Shown here: positions 1-9,647 of the stretch, piece after piece
Layout: the number at the start of each line of letters is the position of its first letter
Numbering within the stretch: the stretch's first letter is position 1
Source of the DNA: Flavobacteriales bacterium
Lineage (GTDB): Bacteria; Bacteroidota; Bacteroidia; NS11-12g; UBA955
NCBI GenBank assembly: GCA_947457565.1
Contig: CANGWH010000002.1
Span: 12,175-76,174 of the forward strand
Direction: 5' to 3'
Length of the DNA stretch: 64,000 nucleotides
Position numbers and translations under genes: made by a program
Notes under the pieces: model-generated
Databases searched by the model: none
Seen by the model: only the letters and a program-made list of their open reading frames with translations
Told to the model about the DNA's origin: nothing

Positions 1-10
1 TAGTTTAAAT

Positions 11-1168
11 TTGCACTTTTATTCCATGTCATTTCAAGATTTTTTTACGTCGATACAATTAAACAACATAGATCAGGCCTTATTAATTGCCAGCGGACTT
101 TTTATAATTATCTCGTGGTTGTATTTCTTTCTGGTTTTCTCAAAGGTTAAGTTATCAACCAAAACCGAAATTAACCAAAAACTCCCTGGAATTAGCCTTG
201 TGATTGCTGCCAGAGACGCAAAGAAACATCTCCTTGAAAATATACCGCTTTGGCTGAAACAAGATTATCCCGAATTTGAAATTGTTATTGCGAACGACAG
301 AAGTTCCGATGGATCCACGCTGTTTCTCACCGAACAAGCAAACCAACATCCACAATTAAAAATCGTTCATCTGGATATCGATGTGGTTAAATCAGGCGGT
401 AAAAAACTGGCCTTAACATTGGCCTTGAAAAAAGCAAAATATCAATACTTTGTCTTGACCGATGCCGATTGCAAACCTGCATCCGATCAATGGTTGCGTG
501 GCATGGTTAACGGCTTTGCTCAAGGATACGACATAGTCCTTGGCGTTTCGCCTCTCACCACTGGCAATGGTTTCTTAGGCCGGCTTATTCATTACGAAAA
601 CACCCTAACCGCTCTATCATACTTAGGTTTCTGCTTGCAACAAAAAACATACATGGGAGTTGGTAGAAATCTTGCTTACACGCGCAAAGCCTATGACAGT
701 GTAAGCGGATTTTCATCGCATTACCATATTCCCGCAGGCGACGACGACCTTTTCGTTCAAGAAGCCTCACAAAAAAATGCTACAGGAGTAATTATTCAGC
801 CCGATTCTTACACTACTAGCGCAGGACCATCTACTTGGAAACAGTATTGGAAACAAAAACAACGACATCTTTGGGTAGGTAAAAACTACTTGTCCAACGC
901 AAAATTCCAGCTATTTTGGTTCCCATTTTCTCAACTTGCGTTTTACTTGTTGATTGGGTTTTGGTTCCTTACGGGAACAAATTTATTTTGGCCATTGCTA
1001 ATGATATTCATTAAATGGATTCCCGAATGGATAATTTTCGGTATCAAAGCTAAATTGTTAAATATGCCTAAAGCCACACCCATTTATCCCATTTTAAATA
1101 TTTTTCAAGCCTTTTGGTATTCAGTTACTGGTATTTTTGCCTTTTTCAAAAAGAAAATTGTATGGTAA
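11..1168 (+). CDS. Family 2 glycosyltransferase, membrane-associated (C-terminal TM helices)
   Basis: The translation has GT2 motifs (VIAARD...EIVIANDRSSDGS, LTDADC DxD-like) and a hydrophobic C-terminus. The ORF-track start at 11 is a TTG; the first ATG is at 26, so the start is uncertain. Confidence 0.6.
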   Translation: MHFYSMSFQDFFTSIQLNNIDQALLIASGLFIIISWLYFFLVFSKVKLSTKTEINQKLPGISLVIAARDAKKHLLENIPLWLKQDYPEFEIVIANDRSSDGSTLFLTEQANQHPQLKIVHLDIDVVKSGGKKLALTLALKKAKYQYFVLTDADCKPASDQWLRGMVNGFAQGYDIVLGVSPLTTGNGFLGRLIHYENTLTALSYLGFCLQQKTYMGVGRNLAYTRKAYDSVSGFSSHYHIPAGDDDLFVQEASQKNATGVIIQPDSYTTSAGPSTWKQYWKQKQRHLWVGKNYLSNAKFQLFWFPFSQLAFYLLIGFWFLTGTNLFWPLLMIFIKWIPEWIIFGIKAKLLNMPKATPIYPILNIFQAFWYSVTGIFAFFKKKIVW

Positions 1169-1791
1169 CTTCTGACATCATCTTTAAGTATTTCCCCGAT
1201 TTATCCGAGGTACAAAAAAATCAATTTAGACAATTGGGCGATTTGTATCTATTTCACAATGAACGAGTAAATTTAATTTCACGAAAAGACATACAAAATT
1301 TATACACCAACCATATCTTACATTCCCTAGCATTAGCCAAGTTCTGCGATTTCCTACCGGGTAACCATTATATGGATATTGGCACTGGAGGTGGTTTTCC
1401 AGGCATTCCCCTAGCTATTTTATTTCCTAAATCACAATTTACTTTGGTTGATTCGATAGGAAAAAAAATACAAGTAGTTAATGACGTAATCGCGAAAACC
1501 GAAATTCTCAATGCCACAGGCTTTCATCTGCGTGCTGAGCAAATGCCAATAAAAGTTGATACCATCGTGGCAAGGGCCGTTGCACCCTGTATTGAATTAT
1601 GGAATTGGAGTACCGGACTTTGGAAAAAGAAACCATCCTTCTATTTGCTCAAAGGCGGTGATTTAGCGGAAGAAATCAATGAAGTGTTAGCCATTTCACC
1701 CAAAACCAAAGTACAGATGCATGCCATTTCCGACATTTTAGGTGAATTTGAGTTTTTTGAAACAAAAAAGGTTTTGAAAATAATCGCATAA
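1162..1791 (+). CDS. rsmG: 16S rRNA (guanine527-N7)-methyltransferase RsmG/GidB
   Basis: It has an SAM-binding DIGTGGGFPGIPLAI motif and the overall RsmG pattern (KYFPDL...Q...F..L..LY..WN.RVNLIS). The start is an internal ATG at 1162 that overlaps the upstream stop as ATGGTAA. Confidence 0.75.
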   Translation: MVTSDIIFKYFPDLSEVQKNQFRQLGDLYLFHNERVNLISRKDIQNLYTNHILHSLALAKFCDFLPGNHYMDIGTGGGFPGIPLAILFPKSQFTLVDSIGKKIQVVNDVIAKTEILNATGFHLRAEQMPIKVDTIVARAVAPCIELWNWSTGLWKKKPSFYLLKGGDLAEEINEVLAISPKTKVQMHAISDILGEFEFFETKKVLKIIA

Positions 1792-1903
1792 GTTCACCTC
1801 TTTTTTCGATATCAATTTTCATTTTCCATTATGTAGAAAAACGTTCTATTAATCGGTGACTATACTAATTTGATATTGCTATTTTCTATTGTGATCTGTC
1901 GTC

Positions 1904-1926
1904 AGTTGTACCACAACTATTTTTAG
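1904..1926 (+). terminator. Weak hairpin plus T-run downstream of rsmG
   Basis: AGTTGT-acc-ACAACT is followed by ATTTTTAG. The stem is short and AT-rich. Confidence 0.25.
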
Positions 1927-2007
1927 TTACCTCCATCAACCAATAAATTAAGGCCACTTCTATTCAAGTATAATTAAAGTTTTCAAGGCAACAACCTCAA
2001 AATTAAA

Positions 2008-4644
2008 TTACTCGAAATAATTCTTTAACGCGATAACTGCATTTTCGATTCCTGAGACGTCTTTTCCCCCGGCACTTGCAAAGAAAGGCTGTCCGCCGCC
2101 GCCGCCTTGGATATTCTTAGCAACTTCTCTCACCAACACGGCTGCGTTATACCCTTTTTCTGCTACCAAATTTTCATCAATATATAAGGCAATTCCTGGC
2201 TTACCATCGGCCGTAAATACCAAGCCAATAATAGAATTAGGTATTTCATTTTTCAATTGAAAACAAAGCTGTTTAGCGGCATCCGCAGAGGGCAACCCCA
2301 AGGATTTAATCAATAAATGCATCCCATTAACTTCGTTAAACGATGTTTTCAGCGATTGTTTAATTGCGGCAATTTGAGATAATTCGATGGCTTCTAATTT
2401 CGACTTCAAATCTGCATTTTCTTGCAGTAATTTTTCAATCGCCTGTACCGGATCTTTGGTATTATTTAATGCTTGCTCAACGAATTCCAACAATTGTAAT
2501 CTACCATTAATCAACGACTGAGCACCGTGATTTGTTACTGCCTCAATTCTTCGAACTCCGGCGGCAACGCTTGATTCGGAGGTAATCTTAAATAGACCAA
2601 TTTCCGCAGTATTGGCCACGTGGGTACCTCCGCACAATTCCATGCTATAATTACGATCGAACTCAATTACTCGAACAAAATCGCCATATTTTTCACCAAA
2701 CAACGCAGTAGCCCCCATAGCCGTAGCTTCGTCGATTGGAATATTCCTATGCTCTTGCAATGGAATTGACGCACGAATTTGTTCATTAACTCTCAGTTCT
2801 ACTTGTGATAATTCCTCCTCGGTCATTTTACCGAAATGCGAAAAATCAAATCGTAAATATTCAGAATTAACCAAACTTCCTTTCTGTGCAACATGCGAAC
2901 CAAGTGCCTCTCGCAGAGCCGAATGCATCAGGTGCGTTGCGCTATGGTTGGACGAAATAAGATTACGTTTCGACTTATCTACCGTTGCAACAAAATTTTG
3001 ATTGGGATTTTGCGGCAGTTTATCTACCAAATGAATATGTAATTTATTTTCTTTTACGGTATCCAACACACGCAATATTTCGCCATCTTTTTCCCCTTTT
3101 AATTCCCCTGAATCTCCAACCTGTCCACCACTTTCAGCATAAAATGGAGTATTATCTAAAACCAGTTGATACTGCTGTTTATCCCCTTTTACTATGACCG
3201 TTCTGTGTCTGCTAATAACGGTTTGATTTTCTGTAACATCGTAGCCGCAGAATAATTCTTCACTCTCTTGGTTTATCAGTTGCCAATCGCCCATTTGCTT
3301 GCTTGCATCGGCTTTTGAACGATTTTTCTGTTCGTCTAAACAACGCTGAAATACAAGCATGTCTACCGAAAATCCATTTTCTCTAGCCACTAAATCGGTT
3401 AAATCAATGGGGAATCCGAAAGTATCGTATAATTCGAAGGCAACTTCACCAGCAATAATCCGAGAATTGCTCTCTGAAATTATTGCCGTTAACCGATGCA
3501 TACCGGCACTCAATGTGCGGAAGAAAGACACCTCTTCTTCTTTTACCACGCGCATTACGAAACTCTCTTGGGATTTAAGTTCGGCAAAAGCGTGTTGAAA
3601 ATAATCGGCTAAACCAGGAATCAATTTATGAAAAAAGGGCTCTGTAAATCCTAGATAGGAATAGCCATAACGCGCTGCTCTACGCAAAATCCTTCTAACC
3701 ACATAACCTGCACCATTATTAGATGGTAACTGACCATCGGCGATACACATACTAACGGCACGAATATGATCAGCAATTACGCGAAAAGCGATGTCTTGTT
3801 TTTCATCATCGCCGTACGACTTCCCCGCGAGTTTCGCTGTTTCTTGAATAATAAATTGGAAGACATCGGTATCGTAATTACTGGTTTTACGTTGAATGCC
3901 ACGCACCAATCGTTCAAAACCCATACCGGTATCTACGTGCTGGGCAGGGAGTCTAACCAAACTACCATCAGACAATCGATTGAATTCCATAAACACGAGA
4001 TTCCAAATTTCTACTACTTCCGGGTGATCATTATTCACCAAATCGGCACCACTCACCGCTGCCCTATCCGCCTCAGATCGCATATCGAAATGAATTTCGG
4101 TACATGGTCCGCAAGGCCCTGTATCACCCATTTCCCAAAAGTTATCTTTTTTGTTTCCTTTTAATATTCTATCGGCCGGAAAAAATTGGTTCCAAAAGTT
4201 AAATGCATCCTGATCAAAATCGATATTGGAAGCTTCATCGCCTTCAAAAACAGTAACATACAATTGGTTGGCGGGCAATTGATACACCTCTGTTAGCAAC
4301 TCCCACGCCCATGCGATCGCATCTTTTTTGAAGAAATCCCCAAAACTCCAATTTCCCAACATTTCAAACATTGTGTGGTGGTAATGATCATGTCCAACCT
4401 CTTCCAAATCATTATGTTTGCCACTAACACGTAGACATTTTTGAGAATTAACGGCCCTTTTGTATGGAGCCATGCTATTTCCTAAGAAATAATCCTTGAA
4501 CTGATTCATCCCAGCATTGGTAAACATTAGGGTTGGATCCCCTTTCACAACGATGGGTGCCCCCTTTACAAACGTGTGTCCTTTGGATTCAAAAAACTGA
4601 ATGAATTTCGTTCGAATTTCGTGAGAAGTAAGCATAAAGTGCAA
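2008..4644 (-). CDS. alaS: Alanine--tRNA ligase
   Basis: This is an 878-aa class II aaRS with the characteristic AlaRS N-terminus (FIQFFESKGH, FTNAGMNQFK), an editing domain HxxxH (SATHLMHSAL) and a C-terminal DHHA1-like GGGGGQP motif. Confidence 0.95.
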   Translation of the reverse strand: MHFMLTSHEIRTKFIQFFESKGHTFVKGAPIVVKGDPTLMFTNAGMNQFKDYFLGNSMAPYKRAVNSQKCLRVSGKHNDLEEVGHDHYHHTMFEMLGNWSFGDFFKKDAIAWAWELLTEVYQLPANQLYVTVFEGDEASNIDFDQDAFNFWNQFFPADRILKGNKKDNFWEMGDTGPCGPCTEIHFDMRSEADRAAVSGADLVNNDHPEVVEIWNLVFMEFNRLSDGSLVRLPAQHVDTGMGFERLVRGIQRKTSNYDTDVFQFIIQETAKLAGKSYGDDEKQDIAFRVIADHIRAVSMCIADGQLPSNNGAGYVVRRILRRAARYGYSYLGFTEPFFHKLIPGLADYFQHAFAELKSQESFVMRVVKEEEVSFFRTLSAGMHRLTAIISESNSRIIAGEVAFELYDTFGFPIDLTDLVARENGFSVDMLVFQRCLDEQKNRSKADASKQMGDWQLINQESEELFCGYDVTENQTVISRHRTVIVKGDKQQYQLVLDNTPFYAESGGQVGDSGELKGEKDGEILRVLDTVKENKLHIHLVDKLPQNPNQNFVATVDKSKRNLISSNHSATHLMHSALREALGSHVAQKGSLVNSEYLRFDFSHFGKMTEEELSQVELRVNEQIRASIPLQEHRNIPIDEATAMGATALFGEKYGDFVRVIEFDRNYSMELCGGTHVANTAEIGLFKITSESSVAAGVRRIEAVTNHGAQSLINGRLQLLEFVEQALNNTKDPVQAIEKLLQENADLKSKLEAIELSQIAAIKQSLKTSFNEVNGMHLLIKSLGLPSADAAKQLCFQLKNEIPNSIIGLVFTADGKPGIALYIDENLVAEKGYNAAVLVREVAKNIQGGGGGQPFFASAGGKDVSGIENAVIALKNYFE

Positions 4645-4729
4645 AGATACTAAAACCTATGGGATCGACTTAAAAATACACCCTGAAAAACGACTAAAAA
4701 AGCAAACTGTTAAAACCTTGTGGATAAAC

Positions 4730-4760
4730 TTGAAAAACTATAGAAAATCCTTTATGTTTG
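4730..4760 (+). promoter_or_regulatory. Putative Bacteroidetes sigma-A-type promoter for the injection-system operon
   Basis: TTG lies at 4730-4732 and TATGTTTG (TAnnTTTG -7 consensus) at 4753-4760, with 20 nt spacing. The predicted start site is at or within a few nt of the ATG at 4765, which implies a leaderless or very short leader. Confidence 0.3.
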
Positions 4761-4764
4761 CCGC

Positions 4765-5124
4765 ATGAATCCAGATATTTTATTTAATCGGTTGGAGCAA
4801 AGAACAGAGCGGGAATTATTCCGTAGAAGTTTCAAAGCTGCTGCGGATAGTCAGGATTCAATGTTTAAGAAGTTTGAGAACCGCAAGCGAGAACAACTAA
4901 AAGTAACCATAGCTAGAGAGGTGAAGTGGTTTTTAATAACCATTATCCTAGCCCCTGTTCTAGGTTTTGTTTTTTTCTATGCTTTTGCGAATTTAATGCA
5001 GGAGACGATGATAGAATTAGCTATTTTTTTTAATGGTGTTGAAACTCTATTTTTAATAATCTCTGGAATTACCTTTTTAGGAATTTATTTAGCTCGACTA
5101 ATTATTTGGGCATTGAAGCAGTAA
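4765..5124 (+). CDS. Small two-TM membrane protein, first gene of the injection-system operon (holin-like or anchor?)
   Basis: This 119-aa ORF has a charged N-terminal half followed by two predicted TM helices. It sits 3 nt upstream of the cap-like gene. No family was recognised. Confidence 0.4.
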   Translation: MNPDILFNRLEQRTERELFRRSFKAAADSQDSMFKKFENRKREQLKVTIAREVKWFLITIILAPVLGFVFFYAFANLMQETMIELAIFFNGVETLFLIISGITFLGIYLARLIIWALKQ

Positions 5125-5127
5125 ATT

Positions 5128-5694
5128 ATGATTTACGAATCCCTTAGAGCCCTGGAATTAGAGATTAACTCTCACCTTAAATACGTTACAGGTTCTAATG
5201 AGGAATTATTGGTCCTTAGCAACATTGCCGATCAATCAGGTGCAAAAGCATTACAACAAGACAATGTAGTTTATTTTTCCTTACTAAGAATTGACGAAGA
5301 CAAGACGATAAATAAATCAGGCGGATATCCGAATAATTTCAAAAAGGGAGTGCCCACTTTATTGGTACTTTATGTAATGTTCGCTTCTTCTCATTCAGGA
5401 AACAGATATAAAGACGGAATATTTTTAATTGATAAAATCATTGGTTATTTCCATGAAAATTCGGTTTTAAAACAAACCGATATTGATGGATTACCCGCAG
5501 AAGTTGATTCCCTTGTCTTTGATTTGCAGAATATTGATTTTAGAGAGGTTTCCAATATATTTAGTGCTACCGGATCAAAATTAATGCCTCATGTAATTTA
5601 TAAAATTCGACTTTTACCTGTTTTCGGAAATGACAATAATAGATCATTACCAAGCATGAAGGAGCTAAATCGAAGGCTAAATGACAATGAATAA
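5128..5694 (+). CDS. DUF4255 (Pvc16/Afp16 N-terminal domain)-like protein, a putative tail terminator or cap
   Basis: This 188-aa protein has the DUF4255-like pattern (hydrophobic heptads, then VYFSLLRIDED...). Its position and tight spacing are consistent with an injection-system cap or terminator gene. Confidence 0.45.
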   Translation: MIYESLRALELEINSHLKYVTGSNEELLVLSNIADQSGAKALQQDNVVYFSLLRIDEDKTINKSGGYPNNFKKGVPTLLVLYVMFASSHSGNRYKDGIFLIDKIIGYFHENSVLKQTDIDGLPAEVDSLVFDLQNIDFREVSNIFSATGSKLMPHVIYKIRLLPVFGNDNNRSLPSMKELNRRLNDNE

Positions 5695-5702
5695 TTTCTT
5701 AA

Positions 5703-6539
5703 ATGAAAATTGTTGATTGGCTAAATATCAGTGCGAAACACGAACTTACTGGAGACGAGGAGTTATTCAGCTTTGGAATATTTCCAGATAATGAAACTCA
5801 ACGAAAACTTAAAAACCATAGACATTTATGGAATTTAGAGCGTGGCAAATTAACCGCCAAGTTTTTTACCCATGCCATAAATACGGAGTTACCAGAAATT
5901 GATTTTTTAGAACCAACGGTAACATTTAATTTTATTTTAGCTACAAAAGATTCGAATTTTCAATTAATTACTAAGAATTTAGATATTCCATTTTTTTATG
6001 AAAATCACCGACATGAAATTTCTATAGATGGCGCTAATTCAGCACCAGATGAAGTAGCTATTGTTTTTGCAAACGGGAATAAATACAAACCATCCCCTAT
6101 GCAACTACCCAATGGTTATCAATCTATTGGAAATCTAATATTAACTATAGAAAATCAGGTGGAATTTTTTAAAAATATAGTTAATCTCAAAAGACCACTT
6201 TCACTAAATTTCCAATTCAAATCAGCGGCTTATCCCATATTAATTGAGCTGATACCCGATATGAATACCGGCCCCTTACCAGAAATTGTGGAAGACGACA
6301 ATGGTTATGCACATTTTTCTTTGCAAAATGTGAATAACAACACCACTGTTTTCGCTCTATCCACCGAACCAATAAACCTTGTTTCTGCAAGCAAATTATC
6401 TATCCAAAGTTATTATATATCAACAGATAAGGAAAAGAAAAGGATAAAGCACAAAAACGTTAGATTTAGCATTGACAATCTCACTAACCACCCAAGTTAT
6501 CCACAACATCCTCTATTGTACAAGAAAGTAAAGTTGTAA
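5703..6539 (+). CDS. Hypothetical protein, injection-system-associated
   Basis: A 278-aa ORF with no recognisable motifs. Its codon usage is like its neighbours and it is 8 nt from the upstream gene. Confidence 0.5.
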   Translation: MKIVDWLNISAKHELTGDEELFSFGIFPDNETQRKLKNHRHLWNLERGKLTAKFFTHAINTELPEIDFLEPTVTFNFILATKDSNFQLITKNLDIPFFYENHRHEISIDGANSAPDEVAIVFANGNKYKPSPMQLPNGYQSIGNLILTIENQVEFFKNIVNLKRPLSLNFQFKSAAYPILIELIPDMNTGPLPEIVEDDNGYAHFSLQNVNNNTTVFALSTEPINLVSASKLSIQSYYISTDKEKKRIKHKNVRFSIDNLTNHPSYPQHPLLYKKVKL

Positions 6540-6578
6540 AGCCTTAGTTTTGTCCAAATCGTTAATTATTTAACAACT

Positions 6579-8444
6579 ATGGCAAATTACAGAACTCCAG
6601 GTGTGTACGTAGAAGAAATTTCTACCCTACCACCGTCGGTTGGTCAGGTACCAACTGCTGTTCCTGCGTTTGTTGGATATACTGCAAAAGCTCAAAAAGG
6701 CGGTAGCAGCATCCTAAACACAGGCGTTCACATCTCTTCTATGTTAGACTACATCGATTATTTCGGTGGTGGTTATGTTCCTGCTGAGATCCAAGTTTCT
6801 TTGGATGAAGGCAAGCAAGTTACCGGAGTTAAGTTTGACAAAAACTTCTACTTGTACGATGCAGTGCGTCTTTTTTTCGCTAACGGCGGAGGAGAATGCT
6901 ACATAGTATCCGTTGGTACTTATTCAGATGACATAAACTTCGAATCATTACTAGCTGGTTTGGAAGCTTGCAAGCGTGAAGACCAACCTACAATTTTGGC
7001 TATACCGGATTCTGTATTACTTGCTAAAGCTGACGAGTGTTTTTCTTTACAGCAAGCAATGTTAATGCAGTGTGCTGAAATGCAAAACCGTGTTGCTATT
7101 TTGGATGTTTACGAAGGCTATATTCACCGCAACGACAAGGATGTTGTGTTAAACTTCCGTAACGGTATTGGTGTTAATAATCTAAAATACGCTGCTTCTT
7201 ATTATCCTTGGATTTATTCAGCACTTCCACATAAATACAACCATGAAACCATAAAAATCAAGGTTGCCGATGAAGACAAAAGCTTAGAAGATTTAGCTTC
7301 TCACCCAATTTCTGTGAAGAATTTAAATGCTGCAATATCGGACATGGCCAAGATTCGTGATTTTTCAAATAAAGATTACAAATCTACAATCACTCCTTTA
7401 TTGGACAATTTGGATGGTTCAGCTGCCGATTTAAATGCGGGAGCCGGTGCTATTGCAACTTCTATGAAAGAGTTGTATGATTTCGCACTTGGTTTGTTCG
7501 ATAGCGCTCCTATCGCCAACGAAATGAGCGTTAAAGTAAATGCTAGTTCTAAATTCTCGGCTTTGTTGAAGAATTTTGCCAGCGTTGACGCTGCTATCGG
7601 TTCTGGGGCTTATAAAGGTGGTGACTTCTCTACGTTGGATTTGGGTGAACCCAATCCAAATGCTGCAATTGCTAACCAAGAGAACGCTGATATCAAGACT
7701 AAAATGTCTAAAGATGCTTTGTACAAGTTCGCCGATGAATTAAAAGGTATTTTAAACAGTGTTGCAGAAGATGCTGAAGCCATTAAAGAAAACCTAAGCA
7801 AAATCGCTTACGACCACAATCCTATCTTACAGAATATCGTTAATGAAATTTTGAAAGAACTGTCTAAAGCACCTACTGCTGGCCCAATTAGCGGTGTATA
7901 TGCAATGGTTGACAGTCAGCGTGGTGTATGGAAAGCTCCAGCAAACGTAAGTTTATCTTCTGTTGCTAGACCCTGTATCAAAATTGACGATCGTCAGCAA
8001 GAAGACTTAAACGTAGATGTACTTAGCGGTAAGAGTGTTAATGCTATCCGTACCTTCACAGGAAAAGGAACTTTAGTATGGGGCGCTAGAACATTGGCTG
8101 GAAACGATAACGAGTGGCGTTATATTTCTGTTCGTCGATTCTTCAACATGGTTGAAGAAAGCGTTAGAAACGCAACAGGATGGGCAGTATTTGAGCCAAA
8201 CGATGCATCCACTTGGATTCGCGTTAAAGCAATGATTGAAAACTACTTAACAAACCTTTGGAAAGCTGGAGCAATGGCTGGAGCATCTTCGGATCAGGCG
8301 TTCTTTGTAAACATTGGACTTGGTACAACTATGTCTGCTGTTGACATTTTGGAAGGTAGAATGAACATCGAAATAGGTATGGCCGTTGTAAGACCTGCGG
8401 AATTCATCGTATTGAAATTCTCACACAAATTACAAGAGTCATAA
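6579..8444 (+). CDS. Contractile tail sheath protein (Afp2-4/Pvc2-4-like)
   Basis: The N-terminus (YRTPGVYVEEISTLPPSV...VPAFVGYT) is the hallmark of phage and Afp sheath proteins. It has a conserved C-terminal sheath domain (VWGARTL...GMAVVRPAEFI) and is 621 aa long. Confidence 0.9.
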   Translation: MANYRTPGVYVEEISTLPPSVGQVPTAVPAFVGYTAKAQKGGSSILNTGVHISSMLDYIDYFGGGYVPAEIQVSLDEGKQVTGVKFDKNFYLYDAVRLFFANGGGECYIVSVGTYSDDINFESLLAGLEACKREDQPTILAIPDSVLLAKADECFSLQQAMLMQCAEMQNRVAILDVYEGYIHRNDKDVVLNFRNGIGVNNLKYAASYYPWIYSALPHKYNHETIKIKVADEDKSLEDLASHPISVKNLNAAISDMAKIRDFSNKDYKSTITPLLDNLDGSAADLNAGAGAIATSMKELYDFALGLFDSAPIANEMSVKVNASSKFSALLKNFASVDAAIGSGAYKGGDFSTLDLGEPNPNAAIANQENADIKTKMSKDALYKFADELKGILNSVAEDAEAIKENLSKIAYDHNPILQNIVNEILKELSKAPTAGPISGVYAMVDSQRGVWKAPANVSLSSVARPCIKIDDRQQEDLNVDVLSGKSVNAIRTFTGKGTLVWGARTLAGNDNEWRYISVRRFFNMVEESVRNATGWAVFEPNDASTWIRVKAMIENYLTNLWKAGAMAGASSDQAFFVNIGLGTTMSAVDILEGRMNIEIGMAVVRPAEFIVLKFSHKLQES

Positions 8445-8488
8445 AATTAATTAACCCAACGTTTAACAATAAAAAAAATTAAAACAAT

Positions 8489-8920
8489 ATGGCGAATCCA
8501 GATTATCCACTACCAAGGTTTCACTTCCGTGTAACTTTTGATAGCACAGTAATCAACTGCAGCGAGGTAACCGGTCTTAACACCAATTTGGATGTTATCG
8601 AATACCGCGATGGTGCAAGCGTTGAATTCAGTACCCAAAAAATGTCCGGCTTGAGAAAGTTTGGAGATATTGTAATTAAAAAAGGCGTTTTCCAAGATCA
8701 CCAAGAATATTGGGATTGGTACAATGCAGTTGAAATGAACAACCCAGTTCGTAAAACTGTAACCATCGAGTTATTGGATGAACAACATGCGCCTGTTATG
8801 ACTTGGGCATTGAAGAATGCTTGGCCTAACAAGGTTGAAAATCCCGATTTGAAATCGGATGCCAGTGAAGTAGCGGTTGAAACAATCACTATATCGCACG
8901 AAGGTTTATCCTTGGCATAA
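8489..8920 (+). CDS. Inner tube protein (Afp1/Pvc1-like)
   Basis: This 143-aa protein has the tube hallmark YPLPRFHFRVTFDS and the expected size. Confidence 0.85.
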   Translation: MANPDYPLPRFHFRVTFDSTVINCSEVTGLNTNLDVIEYRDGASVEFSTQKMSGLRKFGDIVIKKGVFQDHQEYWDWYNAVEMNNPVRKTVTIELLDEQHAPVMTWALKNAWPNKVENPDLKSDASEVAVETITISHEGLSLA

Positions 8921-8974
8921 TCTTTCCGAATAAGAACCCAACTATACGTTGATTCCCTATTTTTGTATTGAGCT

Positions 8975-9451
8975 ATGGCAAAAAAACAAAGCGTAGGTAA
9001 TCAGCCGTTAGTTGGGTTTCATTTTAGTGTTAACTTTCTTTTCAACACAAAAAACAAAACCACCGAAACAGGGTTTAAAGAAATAAAAGGAATTGAAAGA
9101 ACCATACTGTATAAACCTTCCGTAGAAGGAGCCACATCTTCGGATATGCTCGGTATAGATAAAGTTCAATACGGTACTCTCATTTTAAGTCGTGGTGTAG
9201 TTACCAATTCAAAAATTCACGAATGGTATGAAAAACATATTACCACTTTTAAAAAATACCCCATCCCAATCACGGTAAATGTGTTGGACAGCAACCATAA
9301 GCCTTTGTATTTTTATATCTTCTATGATGTCTATCCTGTAAAAATGGTCACCTCCGGATTTAATGCTATGAAGTCAGAAATTTTAATTGAAGAACTGCAC
9401 TTAGTCTACTCTAAATATACCCAAAGTACATCCGGCAGCTTTCAAAAATAA
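8975..9451 (+). CDS. Second inner tube protein (Afp5/Pvc5-like)
   Basis: This 158-aa protein has the VGFHFSVNF tube motif and is paralogous to the preceding gene. Confidence 0.8.
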   Translation: MAKKQSVGNQPLVGFHFSVNFLFNTKNKTTETGFKEIKGIERTILYKPSVEGATSSDMLGIDKVQYGTLILSRGVVTNSKIHEWYEKHITTFKKYPIPITVNVLDSNHKPLYFYIFYDVYPVKMVTSGFNAMKSEILIEELHLVYSKYTQSTSGSFQK

Positions 9452-9453
9452 CT

Positions 9454-9639
9454 ATGGTAGAGATTAAAAAGTTGATAATTAAAGCTTCTGTGAATGAGCA
9501 GAATGCCAACCAAGAAAACAATAGCGAAATTGAAGAAATTCAAAAGATTTATGAACATATCGAGGAAGTTAAACAAGAAATCCTCCATGATGTTGATGAA
9601 AGAATTGTGGAACTTATTGAAAAACGATTTAGAAAATAA
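9454..9639 (+). CDS. Small acidic coiled-coil protein, equivalent in position to Afp6/Pvc6
   Basis: A 61-aa E/K-rich ORF that starts 3 nt after the tube gene stop, with a same-strand operon context. Confidence 0.4.
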   Translation: MVEIKKLIIKASVNEQNANQENNSEIEEIQKIYEHIEEVKQEILHDVDERIVELIEKRFRK

Positions 9640-9647
9640 TAATATCC

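Noticed and set aside
155-770. Antisense ORFs (155-355, 585-770) inside the GT2 gene
   Set aside because: They are fully embedded in a well-supported coding gene on the opposite strand, are short and have no motifs.
2985-4164. Three plus-strand ORFs (70-132 aa) inside alaS
   Set aside because: They are antisense to a highly conserved essential gene and are typical spurious ORFs in AT-rich DNA.
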